DNA of 64,000 nucleotides, from NCBI GenBank assembly GCA_965153355.1, contig OZ231126.1, positions 22,692,001 to 22,756,000 on the forward strand, read 5' to 3'. Position numbers and translations under genes: made by a program. Positions 28,151-53,635 of the stretch are shown here, piece after piece (the first letter of the stretch is position 1; every line of letters begins with the position of its first letter). The notes beneath the pieces were generated by a model, which ran no database searches, was not told the origin of the DNA, and was given only the letters and a program-made list of their open reading frames with translations. This DNA is from Flaccisagitta enflata. Lineage: Eukaryota.

Positions 28151-28680
28151 AACAAGTGACGCGGGGTCACAATATCATTGCGGATGGGTGGGCAGGGGCG
28201 GCCAACCCCCAACCACACTCGACGCCCCACCCAACCCACCTTCCCACACACACACACACACATACACAGACAGCTTCTAAAACACTCATTTTACCACTTT
28301 TCGACTCAATCACCTCCACGGACCGACGGACGGACTGACGGACCGACGGACAAAGCCTCTTATAGAGTTGCGTGTCTGCAACTAGAAATGAAAAATCTAA
28401 TGCTTTGCAAGAGTGTAGAGTGCGACCTATTACATGAAAGGGAATTTCGCATGGATCAACAATATGGACGAACGGACGGACAAAGCCTCTTTTAGAATTG
28501 CGTGGGCGCAACTAATAAGAAAACAAGGCCGGATACACGGCTACCGAAGTCGCGTGCGGGTGGGCAGGGGCCATTTTTGAGGTCACCAGACCATTTGGGC
28601 AAGAGCAGTGAGGTCAAAGAAATAAAATCATAAAAAAAAGTAAAGTGTGACGGACCAACCGACCAACCAACCGACTAGAT
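28151..28680 (-). mobile_element. Cluster of family-1-related Helentron-like elements
   Basis: ACAAGTGACGCGGGGTCACAATATC-type end (also at 33865), (GACG/GACC)n cores, and AACAAGGCCGGATACACGGC at about 28522. Confidence 0.65.
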
Positions 28681-29297
28681 AAGCCAAATGAGCTGAAATA
28701 CTCAAAGGCACCGTCACAGATGAGCAGTTGTGCTGAGAAATATGTTTTCTTGTAATCGCATACTCAAACATGCATTATGATACTCATTCATTGATCCTAC
28801 TTAAAATTAGAAAATACGACAAAAAAATTTAATCAAAATCATTCGTAAAAAAAAAGAGATTAAAGAGATCATAACTCTGATTACAAATGTAAGACAATCT
28901 GAACCATGCACGGACGTAAATTGACCAATTTGACCCGTCTTTGATATCTGTCTAATGTCTAAATCTGTTCATCTTTCTGTACATAGAGCTAGAGGTGGCA
29001 CCTTTTAATTGTAAGTGGATTGAAAACTAGCCCACTATAAAAAAAACGCTTTTTCATAGAGAGGCTCTCTATCCAAGGAATCTGGCTCTAAATCATGTAA
29101 ATAGATGGTCCAACACAAAAATTTGATCTTGGGGCTTCTCTTAAGTGTGCCCGCCACCACCCCCATATCCCATAGGAAATGTATAGGAGGATTTTGGTCT
29201 GCAGAGCCTCCTATCTTTAATAATGGGAAATGGGGAGCCGAAAAGTTTAGAGCAGCAAGCCCTATCCTACGGGGGAAAAGGGGAAATCTAAGGGGAC

Positions 29298-29412
<115 letters not shown>

Positions 29413-30834
29413 GAGAGACAGAGAGAGAGAGAGAGCTACCGAAGGGAGAAAGACCTAAAAGAAAGAAGGAAAAAGATCTAAAGGGAACCTCGCCTGCCAA
29501 ATAAACCCCCGCCCACTTATTCTAGCCTAACAAGAGGATGGAATAAGGGGGGGGAGCCTGCGGTATAACTAACGCTAACTACAACAAGCTAATTACAACA
29601 AGCCCTAATCTGGGTCCTTATGATTTTTTGTCCCAATAAAAAGTAACTAGTAGATTGTCTAGTCGAAACATAAGACAATTAATTGTGTACGATCTTAGAA
29701 AAAAAAATCTTCCGGTACATTTTCATGTATATCTCAGGTTTGAATCAACCAATTCATACCAAAACCATATCAAAAATCTGGTGACATAATTGAAGCCCTT
29801 AAAATTTGCGAGAGATCTACGCAAACCGCAACCCTCTAGCTCTATATGATAAAAAGTTATTCAACTTTAAATGAAATACTTCAATTTTGCGTCTGCCATT
29901 TCTAGGCAAGCTTTCAATGAGATCACTTCACTGTTTTTTAAATTTCTTTTAAACACATTGAGCTAGACAGATGCAGTTTGCGTAGACTGCTTGCAAATTT
30001 GAAGGGCTTCATTTTGGTCACCATTTTTTGTATGATTTGATGAGTCTTTTGGTAGCTGTGAGTGTGAATATAGCGGAAGAATAGATGAAAAAAGATAATG
30101 AGAAAGATCTGGAGACCCATCATCTCAGAATACATCAAGAAGCTCTACGAATCGCTTTCCCAACAAATGACGGTCCTGATTCAGTCGAAAGGATCTTATG
30201 CTAATTATTCATGGATTTGAAACTGATTTATATCTGTTTTTATGCAAATAAAGACGTTTTTATTGCATGGCGGAAGACTTTTCTTTAAGATAGTAGCTAA
30301 TTGAGTAAATGATATAACAAACTAGATTCCAAACTAAATTCAAAACGAAAAACAAACTAGATTCCAAACTAGATTCCAAACTAGATTCCAAACTAAATTC
30401 AAAACGAAAAACGCTTACTGAACATGTAAGCAAAAAAGAAAAAAGAAAAGAAAAAAAGACAGGTACATAACATCATTCATCACAACTATATGATATGTAT
30501 AAAATGAAACAATGTGAGAAAATCTTCTTTTGCCATCGCATTCATCACTCGAAACATAACAATCTGTGTTAGTGCCTTCAAAACGAATTGAGCTAAATGA
30601 AAACAATGCTCGATATTGCGAAAAATTTTGCGAATTAAATCAACATAAGTCCGACATCCAAGTATTACCATTGCCCTGCTCAGGGGGGGGGAGCGAAGAA
30701 GCACGACTTTTGACAGAGCTGATTTCCCCCAAATCGAAATTCATTATTCATGTCTGGTCCGAGGGAAGTAATTTACACGTTTACTCTGCGGTGTTATTGA
30801 GCTAACAAAGTTTTCAATGTTTTTTATCCAGTTC

Positions 30835-30982
30835 TTAGTCGCGGACACGCGACTCTACACCTTGCCGTGTCGGTCCGTCCGTCCGGCCGGCCGTCCGTGA
30901 CATTTTTGAATTGCGGGCGGTTTTCACAGTACCGCTCCTGCTCAACCGTCCGCGACTGGATTGCCGTGTATCCGGCCTCGTT
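30835..30982 (+). mobile_element. Helentron/DINE-1-like element (family 1)
   Basis: TTAGTCGCGGACACGCGACT ... CGCGACTGGATTGCCGTGTATCCGGCC. Confidence 0.75.
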
Positions 30983-31118
30983 TAGTTTTGTCAATCTCAA
31001 AATGCATCAAAGCAAAAAACCCATCGGACAAGATTTCTTGAAACATTTTTTTAAAATGATTGTAAAAAAGGAAATTCGGTGGGACATCAGAGAAATTTCA
31101 GATAACGTCTTGTCTACA

Positions 31119-31119
31119 G

Positions 31120-31150
<31 letters not shown>

Positions 31151-31159
31151 GACGATGAC

Positions 31160-31250
<91 letters not shown>
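31119..31250. repeat. (GAT)n microsatellite, probably in the 3' UTR of the membrane-protein gene
   Basis: Direct reading; about 110 bp downstream of the stop codon. Confidence 0.9.
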
Positions 31251-31362
31251 TCTGTGATGATAATGATAATGAGTAATTAGTGATGATGACGTTCATAATG
31301 ACGATGACGATGATGAGGATGTCAATGATTATGATTATGAATGCTAAAAACTAAGTCAAGCT

Positions 31363-32633
31363 TCACACAGAAGCACCGCCACGAAGAGTTGGCATTTCAA
31401 ACGCTTCATCGGGATTTTTCTCTTCCAACAAGAAATATTTGGGATTTCTAAACACGAAAAGTCCACAACCGATGAGAACCATCAATCCAAACAAAACTCC
31501 TATGATGATTACGGAAATCGAGTATTTGCGTCCCTCAACAACTGAAATCACGGGACATTTTTCGGCCGTTGAGACGAACAAGCTTCCACTTTGCGCGACT
31601 TCTTCATCCAATCGGGATGCCATTTGCATACGGAAGAAAAATCGAGAATTCTCGGCCTCTTTGAACTTCCTCTCGTTGGTGACTGAGACCACATCAGCGA
31701 TGATGCGTTTCTCCATCGGGCCGTTGCTGTCGCTGTTGCCGTTGTTGTTGCTGTTGCTGTTGCTGTTGCCGTTGCTGTCGCTGTCGCTGTCGCTGTTGCT
31801 GTTGTCGTTGCTGTCGCTATTGCTGCTCCATCGAAGAGACGTTTTGAGTCCCGTCTCCAGCTCGTTGTCTCGACTGCAAGATGAGTCGCAGTCCGGGAAG
31901 GTTTTGCTGATGTTGACGCAAGTTGCTTCGGTGACGCTCTCTGCGGTACTTCCGCTACCGCTTTCGCTTCCTCGATCGCCGGCATTAACGCTTCCTTTTC
32001 CGTGTCCATCTGCGTTGAAAAGCAATGTTTTACAGAGTGGCCGGCCTGATGGAATCACGCCGTGCAGAGGGAAAAAAGGCTGTATGTGTATAGTATGGGA
32101 TCACTGGTTTTCATTGCGCCACAGAAGTCAATGGCTAACAAATTCAATGAGAGCTCCATTGGTCCAATTTGTATTCATTGTTATCATCATTGTAAAATGG
32201 AGGTGGCACAACCGTGTAAGCTCTATCAATAATCATAGAACCCTTTAATGGTTACTATCTCTATAGATGTACATTCTGCGAGAGATCATAGATGTACATT
32301 CGGGGATAAGGCCACAAATTTACGCGACATCTTTGTTTCGTAATTGCCCTAACCTGTTTTACCTCTTTCGTTCCCACATGTTTGCAAGACAAACTGATAG
32401 TCTGGTATCGATCCCTTGACGATGACGACATCAAAGATGAGTCTCGCTTCGATCAGACAGATCCCATCTTCCGAATGTTTGACGTCGATGGACGGAGTTT
32501 TTTCCGTGGAATTCCGGCGCAAGATGACGGAAAATCCGCCGCTTGGCGAATCGGCGCTCCTTTGCGCCAGCGACGTTATGTGTAATAAAAGACAACTGAC
32601 TACGCCAATTCGTGATAGGAGCAACTTGGCCAT
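31363..32633 (-). CDS. 320-aa type I membrane glycoprotein (signal peptide, Cys-containing ectodomain with an SN/SD insert, TM helix, YxxL tail); exons 32633-32354 and 32045-31363
   Basis: Donor ACAG|GTTAG at 32354 and acceptor CCATCAG| at 32045 join in phase 1 (G|GC); 280+683=963 nt. N-terminal MAKLLLSRIGVVSCLLLHITSLA; TM ISVIIIGVLFGLMVLIGCGLFVF; tail RNPKYFLL... Confidence 0.8.
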
Positions 32634-32986
<353 letters not shown>

Positions 32987-35985
32987 AAGATATGTTTTTT
33001 TTTCTTGGGTTGTTTTTTATTCATTCATTTTTTTTGTTGTCGTTATTGCTAATGTTTATCTTTTTTGCATAGAAATCGGGGAGGAACTTTGAAAGAAAAG
33101 AAATGGAGCTACAGGCCCGCACCTGTGTCGACATGTGTTCCATAGAAAGATACAGTACCTTAAATGGAGAAACGAATTCGTCTTTTTTTCCTCCGTCGCG
33201 TCAATGATTGAGGAAAAAAAAAGTCTACTTACCATGCCCCTCGGGTATGTCGCCATTCTCACTTTCTTAGTCGGAAGTTTATACACCCTTTTACTCACGA
33301 CTAATTTAAATTCACTGAAAATTAGGGAAGGTTAACTATATAGTATATAGCAAAATTTCACAAAGGACTTTGCGAGAATTTGTCTTTTTTTTTAATCCTC
33401 AGCCAGAGCTAAGCTTTAATTCGAGCAGATTTGGGCTGTAATATCTAAAACCCAACCCGCCCCCAGCCCTAACACCAACCCTATCCCTTACCCTAAAACC
33501 ATCCTCAACCCCACCCATAATTCTAATAAAAAACGCTTAAAAGGACATCTTTTTGGATAGTACCTCAAAATACCATTTTCTTGGTTTGGTTCTCTTTACG
33601 GTTTAGATTGTAAATTTACTTTTGGCCTTGAGGGGGAAAAAACTCTTCTTTGTCGATCCAACGATTGTCAATTAAAGAAGACCAATTAAAAAAAAGTCAT
33701 ATTTCTTGTTTTTTATTTTAATTGGGTAAGAAAGATCAACCATGTAAAAAAAGTTTCCTAAGAGGAGTCGTAAAACAAAAAAAAAGAGTACTTGTCAGAA
33801 AAAAAACTTGTCTACGATGTACTATGACGTAAAATAGATCGAAAAGACGGCTTGAGGAAAAGTAACAAGTGACGCGGGGTCACAATATCGTTGCACACAC
33901 TCATAACTGCTGCATCATAAATGCGCGTTTTCACACTTTTCGAATTGATCACCACGGACCGACGGACGAAACGACGGATGGACAAAGCCTCTTTTAGAGT
34001 AGCATGTCTGAAACCAAAAAAACAAGGCCAAGTAGGATAATAAGGTGCGACGTGTGGATCGTTGAATGAATGCGTTACCAACAGACAGACCGACCAACCG
34101 ACCAACCAACCAACGGACACAGCCAGTTATAGAGGTGCTTTGTCGCACCTAAAAAGCCAATATTAAGCCGACGCGCGCGACGCAGGTCTAGGTTAATGTC
34201 ATGGAAAAGGGTCCGTGGACGGAGTGAAATCCATCAATTTTAAAATGTTGAAATTGAACAAAACCATACATCATCATGTAGCTAGCCTTATATCATGTAT
34301 GAATTGATACTTGGATTTTCTTATGTGAGCTCTTTTTTCATACAAATTAGGCCTAATTACACATTTTTTTTGCAAACGTACTAGGTAATAATAAATTTAG
34401 TTAAATACAATGAAGAAATCAATATGACAGTCAAATTCTTGATGAATATGTTCAAGCAATCATGTATGATCATGTTTCTGAATTTCTTAAAAAAGATTTG
34501 AGTTTTTTGAAAAAAAAAATCTCTATAAGTACCATTTCTGGCTGGGTGGGTTGTTGGAGAAAAAAATTTTTTTTCCAAGCTCTGTTTCATGCCAGTGACG
34601 AGGCATCTTTAACGGAAGCTTCATGCAAAATTTCAACCAGATCAGACAATTATTTCAAAAGTTATGCCCTTTTTTCAATTTTTTTTCTGGTAGGTTGGTT
34701 GGTCTGTCTGTACTCCTCGGCATTCTTTAAGACACACCAGAATATAGGTGTAGAACCCTCTTGATCTAGGTAACAACCATACAAAATTTCGTAGGGCTAG
34801 CTCAAATGGTTTTTGGGATAAGCCAATTTGAATTTTAAGAAATTTTACTAAATTGAGGCACAAAAGCATCGCGCCTTTGTGTGAGAAGCGCTGTGTGGAA
34901 ACAAAGAATTAACTACGAGGCTGCGTCGGCGAGCGTTACAATTCACTCCCTATTTCAGTACTGATCAACTTTGTATTTTCATTGTGACCAAACGAATTAG
35001 AGTTAAAACTTGAAATTTTAGGTGTAGGTACAGAATTTCACCATCTTTCTCATCATATAGATGAATTTTCCGTTAATCATGTTACTATGCCTTGACAGAG
35101 TATGAATCATAGTGTGACACAAGTGTGACACCACCAACAAGGAGCATCTTTGAATTGTAACGCTCTAGGAAAATGTTGATTTCTCCAAAATGAAATAGAA
35201 AAAATCCTTGAAATTTGGATGAAATGTTGTTCAACTAGTTGTAAATGCAATGACAAAAGAAAAAATGCTTAATGTTTGAACAATCGTAGGCTTACAAAAA
35301 AAACTGTCGGCTAATCTCATTTTGAGAAAAAAATGACAGAAAGATGAAGGGAAAGAGTATTATAATTTGCAGTCATTTTTTTTTTCGTCTCACAGTTGAG
35401 TTATTGTGTTCAAATTTTTTGCACATATCAATGGATGGATAGAGATGGCTTACAAGCTATGGGATGACTCTGCTTGACATTTTTTGATTGCTTAAACTAG
35501 CTTTTTGCTTACAGGGACAAAATCGGGACAGGCCAAAAAAGGCCCTCCTATCCCTGTTTTAGACCCCATAGGAGCAGTTAGAGGAGCAAAAATTGGTTTG
35601 GCATGGCGCACCAGGTAGTTAGGTATGTCACCCAACCTTTGTGACCTTATTCAATGCAGCAGCAGAAGCGATGACACTTCTACAATGGTGGAGAGTCAGG
35701 GTTTCTTGGGCGGACCCCGATGCGCGGAATTAACCTCTAATGACCTTGCTTAATGATAAGTCTGTCTTGATGGGTAACCTCAAATAATTGCTTATTACAT
35801 AGAGTATGGATGCCAAGTCAGAATGTGTAAATCGAGATGTATTATTAACATGTTAACGAAACAGAAAATTTCCGAGGAATACAGAGGAATGTAAACAACA
35901 ATAGGTTCATAAAACAGAGAAACTTGTTTTCCATCGATTCTCATCATCTCATAGCGAATGATAGGTGAAACAATATCCCTTACTA

Positions 35986-36486
35986 ACAGGATGTGCAAAA
36001 AATTTGGTAAAAACATAAAAGCAAAAACAAAAACCATATATTTGGGATACTAATTAGTTCTCTAGATTTTAGAATATGCCGTAATCATTGGTTGGCTGGG
36101 AATGAATTATACTCTGGTCAAACTTTCCCATTTCACAGAATTTTTACCAGTAACCTGGAAGTTTTTGTTCAAATCATTCTCCTGTCTAAACGGTTTGAGC
36201 TACAGATGCCAGATTAGTCTCAAATGAAAGATATTTTAATTTTCTTTCATTTGAGTCCAATCTGGCAAACTTCCAGGTTACTGGTAAAAATTCTGTAAAA
36301 TGGGAAAGTTTGACAAGAGTATAATTCATTCCTTTGCCAACCAAGATTATTCTTATGAAAAACGGCACATTCTAACATCTAGTAGAACTAATTAGGAGGC
36401 TATACCCCAAATTTCGTATTACTGGGCCATCGAGAAGTGTGGTTTTTGTGCGTTTATGTTTTTACCAAATTTTTTGCACATCCTGT
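35986..36486. mobile_element. Near-palindromic TA-flanked MITE
   Basis: TA|ACAGGATGTGCAAAAAATTTGGTAAAAACATAAA ... TTTATGTTTTTACCAAATTTTTTGCACATCCTGT|TA; the inner IR extends to about 36165/36265. Confidence 0.8.
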
Positions 36487-36597
36487 TATGTAACATGTAA
36501 CACAACGTCACAATACATGATAAATGCTCTTCGGTAGAAGTTGAAGTAGAAGTTTAGGTTGTTGATAACTAAAATGGTCAAAGTAAGCTCGGTGACA

Positions 36598-36807
36598 TTT
36601 TTAGTCGCGTGCTCGCGACTCTGTGACCCGCCATGTCGGTCGGTCGGTCTGTCGGTCGGTCGGTAGACGTTTGCTTTTTTTACGTTTTCGACGTTTCCGA
36701 GTGTCTTTTGCGTTACTGCTCCTGCCCAAATGGTCGAGTTAGCATGTTTCCTCACTGCCCCTGCCCGCCCGTACGCGAATTCGGTAGCCGTGTATACAGC
36801 CTTGTTT
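36598..36807 (+). mobile_element. Helentron/DINE-1-like element (family 1); opposite-strand copy at about 36930-37073
   Basis: TTTTTAGTCGCGTGCTCGCGACT ... GCCGTGTATACAGCCTTGTT. Confidence 0.75.
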
Positions 36808-37094
36808 AATGGGGATTGACTATGTATTTGCATTCATAAAGCATGGCCCATAAATGCTTAACTGTCGGGAAGAATTTTCGCAACCGCGTAAAAAAAATGT
36901 AAAATAACGATTCAATTTGAAGCGCCAGGAAAACAGGGCCGTATACTCGAGGCCCTAGTCGCGGACGGGTGGGCAGGGACATTGCAGCAAAAACCGCTCA
37001 TATTTCGAACCGTCCGACGTACAGATTGACGGACCGACAGTGCTAGTTTTAAAGTCGCGCGACCGCGACTAAGAATAACAATTAATGACTCAAG

Positions 37095-48783
<11,689 letters not shown>

Positions 48784-48895
48784 AATTGTGCAAAATCAAA
48801 TTCAGAGTTGGTGATTCTTTCTAGTTCCTTGCGTTTTTGTTTAATCTTTATAAATCGTCCACTGATAAGAGGGCGGAAAAACTTATCTTTGCCGG

Positions 48896-49408
<513 letters not shown>

Positions 49409-49672
49409 TGCGCGTGTGACCTGCAGTTTCATTTGGATTTGAACCGCGAGATTGATGAAATGATAAAGTGGAGATAACTAAACGACATGGTCACCAGTGA
49501 AACGTCGCTTGCTTTAAAGAAATATTTCATGCAGACGGACCGACTGACAGGGAAGGTAATCTCTAAGGAAATAACATAAGTAACATCAAATCAGATGTTC
49601 AAAACATACTCTCAAAGGAACAGAAAAGGATATTGTGGTACTGAGTCAGTCAGTCAGTACTACTGACAAATA

Positions 49673-50282
49673 CCGGGTCATCAGCCTGAGATGCCGGATT
49701 CTGTTAAGCTTTTACTCAGAGATGTCACATATCTTGGATTTCATACTGATTGTCTCTTAAAGAACATAGAGTGACGTTTTTCGTATCAAAATTTCATCAA
49801 AATCGGTCGAGTAGTTAAGATTTTACAAGACTTTAAAGTAAAAACTAATTTTCTCTCAGTGGCAGAATTTTCAATAAAAATCGTGGAAGAGAGCATTTCC
49901 AAATTTCTCTCTTTTTTGAACAGTTTGAGCTGGGAACTTGTCAATGGTCTAGTATGAAAGAAAATTGATGTAGTTTCATAAATTTGTCAAATAATCTTTT
50001 ATTTAGGACTAATCTTGTGTCTCTGGCTCAAAATATTGCAAAATGAGAGAATGGAGAAAAACACTATTCCTCCATTTTCCCATCAAAAAACAGAAGTGGC
50101 AGAAAGGAAGTTTTTTACTTAAATACATGTAAAATCTAAACTACTTGACCGATTTTGATGAAATTTTGATACAAAAAACGTCAATCTATACCCTTCAAAA
50201 GACAATCAGTGTGAAATCCGTGATATGTGGCATCTCAGAGTAAAAGCTTAACATTATCCGGCATCTCAGGCTGATGACCCGG
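49673..50282. mobile_element. TA-flanked MITE with long (about 170 bp) TIRs
   Basis: TA|CCGGGTCATCAGCCTGAGATGCCGGA ... TCCGGCATCTCAGGCTGATGACCCGG|TA. Confidence 0.88.
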
Positions 50283-50869
50283 TAAAAGGGACCGGTATTG
50301 CGGCTTAGAGTTTCGTAGATCGCAATTAAAAGGAAAAGCAGCCAGAGAAATTAAGAGTGAAAAAAATATCAACGTTTTTAAAACAGAGAAGAAAAAAAGT
50401 TGGAAAAGAAAATAACTTTCTAATCGTCTGAGGGGCTAAAGGTTGTCGCAAAAATGAGCGCTTAATAAGGCTGAAATGGACAAAAAAAACTTATGAGGAG
50501 AATGGAAAAGAATTAAGAAGAATAAATGAAAATATACGACAGTTGCAAGCTGGATGGGCTTTAAAAAAAAGAAAAACAAATTGTCTAGTGAGGGGGGGTT
50601 CTCCAAAAGGGTTCCAAAGGGGTGGAGTCAAATGAATATCCTCAACTCAAAATGTGACAGATTTGACATGTAGAACACAACATCCTCTTTCCAACTCTAA
50701 CCAAAAAGCCGATCCAGACTATATCTTTTTTTTTTCTCTCTTTTTTTTCAAGGGTGTTTTGAATTTTATACCACCCTCGAGATGAACGATAAGAATTTCA
50801 TATCTTTTTTTCCCTTTTCATATAAAGAGATCGAAAAAAGATGCAACAAGTTGGGAAATTCTTTTGGTT

Positions 50870-51328
50870 CGCCGCGGAAATTTCCCAGAGTTGATAGTGA
50901 AATAAACAAATTAAACTTTAAATAGCGATTAGTGAGAAACTTAACAAGGTGGAAATTACAACGACGTAATCAAACTGGTGACGGGCCCTTGTTTTGATAG
51001 TGTTGCAGTTTTGATGCAAACGCTGAACAGTCAGTGGACAAAACACTATAGGTATATATATCATACCGCTGGCTTCGATCCAACATATTGCTCAAAAACA
51101 AAATACTGACAATCAGTTGCTCAAGTTACACCCGGAATAACGATAACATATTTTTTTTCAATGATAAATGCTACAATTTGTAAATTCTTACGCCGCGGAA
51201 ATTTCCCAGAGTTGGTGAAATACAAATCTTTAAATAGCTTATGAGATCAAGGTGGATTACAACGACGTAATCAAACTGGTGACGGGCCCTTGTTTTGATA
51301 GTGTTGCAGTTTTGATGCAAATGCTGAA
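50870..51328. repeat. Local direct duplication (50870-51027 and 51191-51328)
   Basis: Both copies run CGCCGCGGAAATTTCCCAGAGTTG ... TTGATGCAAA[C/T]GCTGAA. Confidence 0.9.
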
Positions 51329-51829
51329 GTCTGAAGTTAGGCAACCCATATTTGAATTAATGGGAATGTATCAGTATATGAATATCTTAAACGAATAAAT
51401 GAATGGATGATAGGTGAATGAATGGATGAATGTAAATGTAAATGAATAATTGAAATGAACAAATAATTGGATGAATGAGGGAGACAATTTTACAAAATAT
51501 ACAAAAATGTAAAAAAAAAAAAACGATAAAAAGTTATTTTTCAGCAAGATCCTCTAACCAGACCCACATCTACGACATTGGAATATTAAACGTTACGGAG
51601 CACCAACCACTCCCAGTCTGGTTTACACCATCTCAATTAACTGAAATACCTTAAAAAATCTTTTTTAGCATGCCTCGAACATCTAAAACAATCTTAGCCC
51701 AATCAATCAATCCCAGCCAGGTTTACGCGTTCTGTTAGATGATACATCTATCTTCTGTTCAGCACCTCCGTCATGCTCAGTCAAGTTAAAACCCCAAACC
51801 TCCGTGGTGAAAACGTCGGAATTTCTACA

Positions 51830-52775
51830 ACCCCCGCCAAGGATTGCGCTCTTTCAACCCCCCACACATCTATATATCTATCTATCTATCATGCCTCGGC
51901 TATCATAAACCTTGGCCAGAGTTACTTCCAGAAGGGATAAAACCCCCTTAACCCCCCTCACATCTATCCAATGTACTATGTCTCAGCCCCCAACTACACT
52001 CAGCAAGGATAACACCCTCTCAACCCCCCCCAGCATTTATCTTCTTTACCATGCCTCAGCCATCTTGAAACCTAGCCCCCAACAACCCTTAGCGAGGATA
52101 CAACCCCTTCAACTCCCCACATATCTATCTTCTATATTACGCCTCGGCCATCTTAAATTACCCTCAGCATGGATAGTACTGTCTCAATTTCTCACAAATA
52201 TTTTTTCTTTACTCCCAACTACCCCCAGCAGGGATAGTACCTCTTCAACTTCCTACATATTTTTTTTTTACTCCAAACTGTCCTACTCCAAACTGTCCTA
52301 AGCAGGGATAGTACCCTTTCAACTCCCCACACATCTATTTGCTTTACTCCTAACTACCCTCAGCAGGGATAGTACCCTTTCAACTCCCCACACATCTATC
52401 TGCTTTACTCCTAACTACCCTCAGCAGGGATAGTACCCTTTCAACTCCCCAGACATCTATCTGCTTTACTCCTCACTACCCTCAGCAGGGATAGTACCCT
52501 TCAACTCCTCACACATCTATCTTCTTTACTCTTTATTACCCTCAGCAAGGATAGTACCCCTTCAACTCCCCAAACATCTATCTTCTTTACTCCGAACTGC
52601 CATCAGCAAAAATAGTACCCCTTGAACTCCCCACACATCTATCTTCTTTACTCCGAACTACCCTCAGCAAAGATAGTACCCCTTCAACTCCCCATACATC
52701 TATCTTCTTTACTCCGAACTGCCATCAGCAAGGATAGTACCCCTTCAACTCCCCACACATCTATCTTCTTTATCG
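51830..52775. repeat. About 59-60-bp minisatellite (CAGGGATAGTACCCCTTCAACTCCCCACACATCTATC...)
   Basis: About 8 homogeneous copies at 52300-52770, with older degenerate copies to the left. Confidence 0.9.
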
Positions 52776-53372
52776 CGCCTCGGTCGCGTTAAAAACATCG
52801 GAGCCCCAATCCTCGCAGTTAAAGGCATGTTTTAAGAAGGCGTCTGCTTTCATCGGACAACGCCCCTGGAAGAACATGTGAGACCGTTTCTTTCATTAAA
52901 GATAAATTTCGACCAAAAATATCTTTCTACCTCCCCCCTCGCTCCCTGTTTATAGGCAGCGGCCCATCAAGCGACGCCCTTGGATCGACGTTTGAGACCG
53001 TGTCTCCCGTTACCTCACACTCCAATCGCCGATTTGACATCCTCCTTTCTATTCATCTTAGATGAATTTCTACTTGAAATAACTTTTTCCCCCTCCCCCT
53101 CTCCGCTGCAGCCCATTGAACTCACATGTCCGTGTTTCTTATCAATCAAAGATGAATTTCGATTTTGACCAAAAATATGTGTATTCTCGCTACTCTACGC
53201 AGGAGAAAACCCTCGGACCCACCTGGGAATCATAACAATACTGAATGAATACCCAGTGCAATTCTTGCTCAATTTATTTATGAATTTTTACTGAGGGACG
53301 GCGGGCAGCGGATACCCCTTGCGATATAGCCCTTATGAGATTATTTATTCCTTCTGTCTCTCTTAATGAACA

Positions 53373-53475
<103 letters not shown>

Positions 53476-53544
53476 GAATAGAGCTGCACTTCCTTCCTGC
53501 GCCCCCACAGCCTGGTCTGTGGTGGGATAAACCTCTTAGACCTT

Positions 53545-53635
53545 TTCTTGATTGGCCAATGGGCGAGACCCTCGAGTGGCGCCCATTAGAGACTCTTGAT
53601 GTTGATTGGTCCGTTGATTATTGTGACGTCGTGTG
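53545..53635. promoter_or_regulatory. Putative promoter with clustered CCAAT boxes and a CRE-like site
   Basis: GATTGGCCAAT (about 53550), GATTGG (about 53604) and TGACGTCG (about 53624) in a locally CpG-richer patch. Confidence 0.3.

Noticed and set aside
31439-32248. 269-aa plus-strand ORF
   Set aside because: Antisense shadow of the membrane-protein exon 2; no ATG start or splice support.
33233-33256. MATYPRGM micro-exon with a strong GTAAGT donor as the first coding exon of the membrane gene
   Set aside because: No convincing in-frame acceptor before the ATG at 32633, which already begins a signal peptide.
52300-52775. 60-bp periodic array as CRISPR
   Set aside because: The whole unit is repeated; there are no variable spacers.
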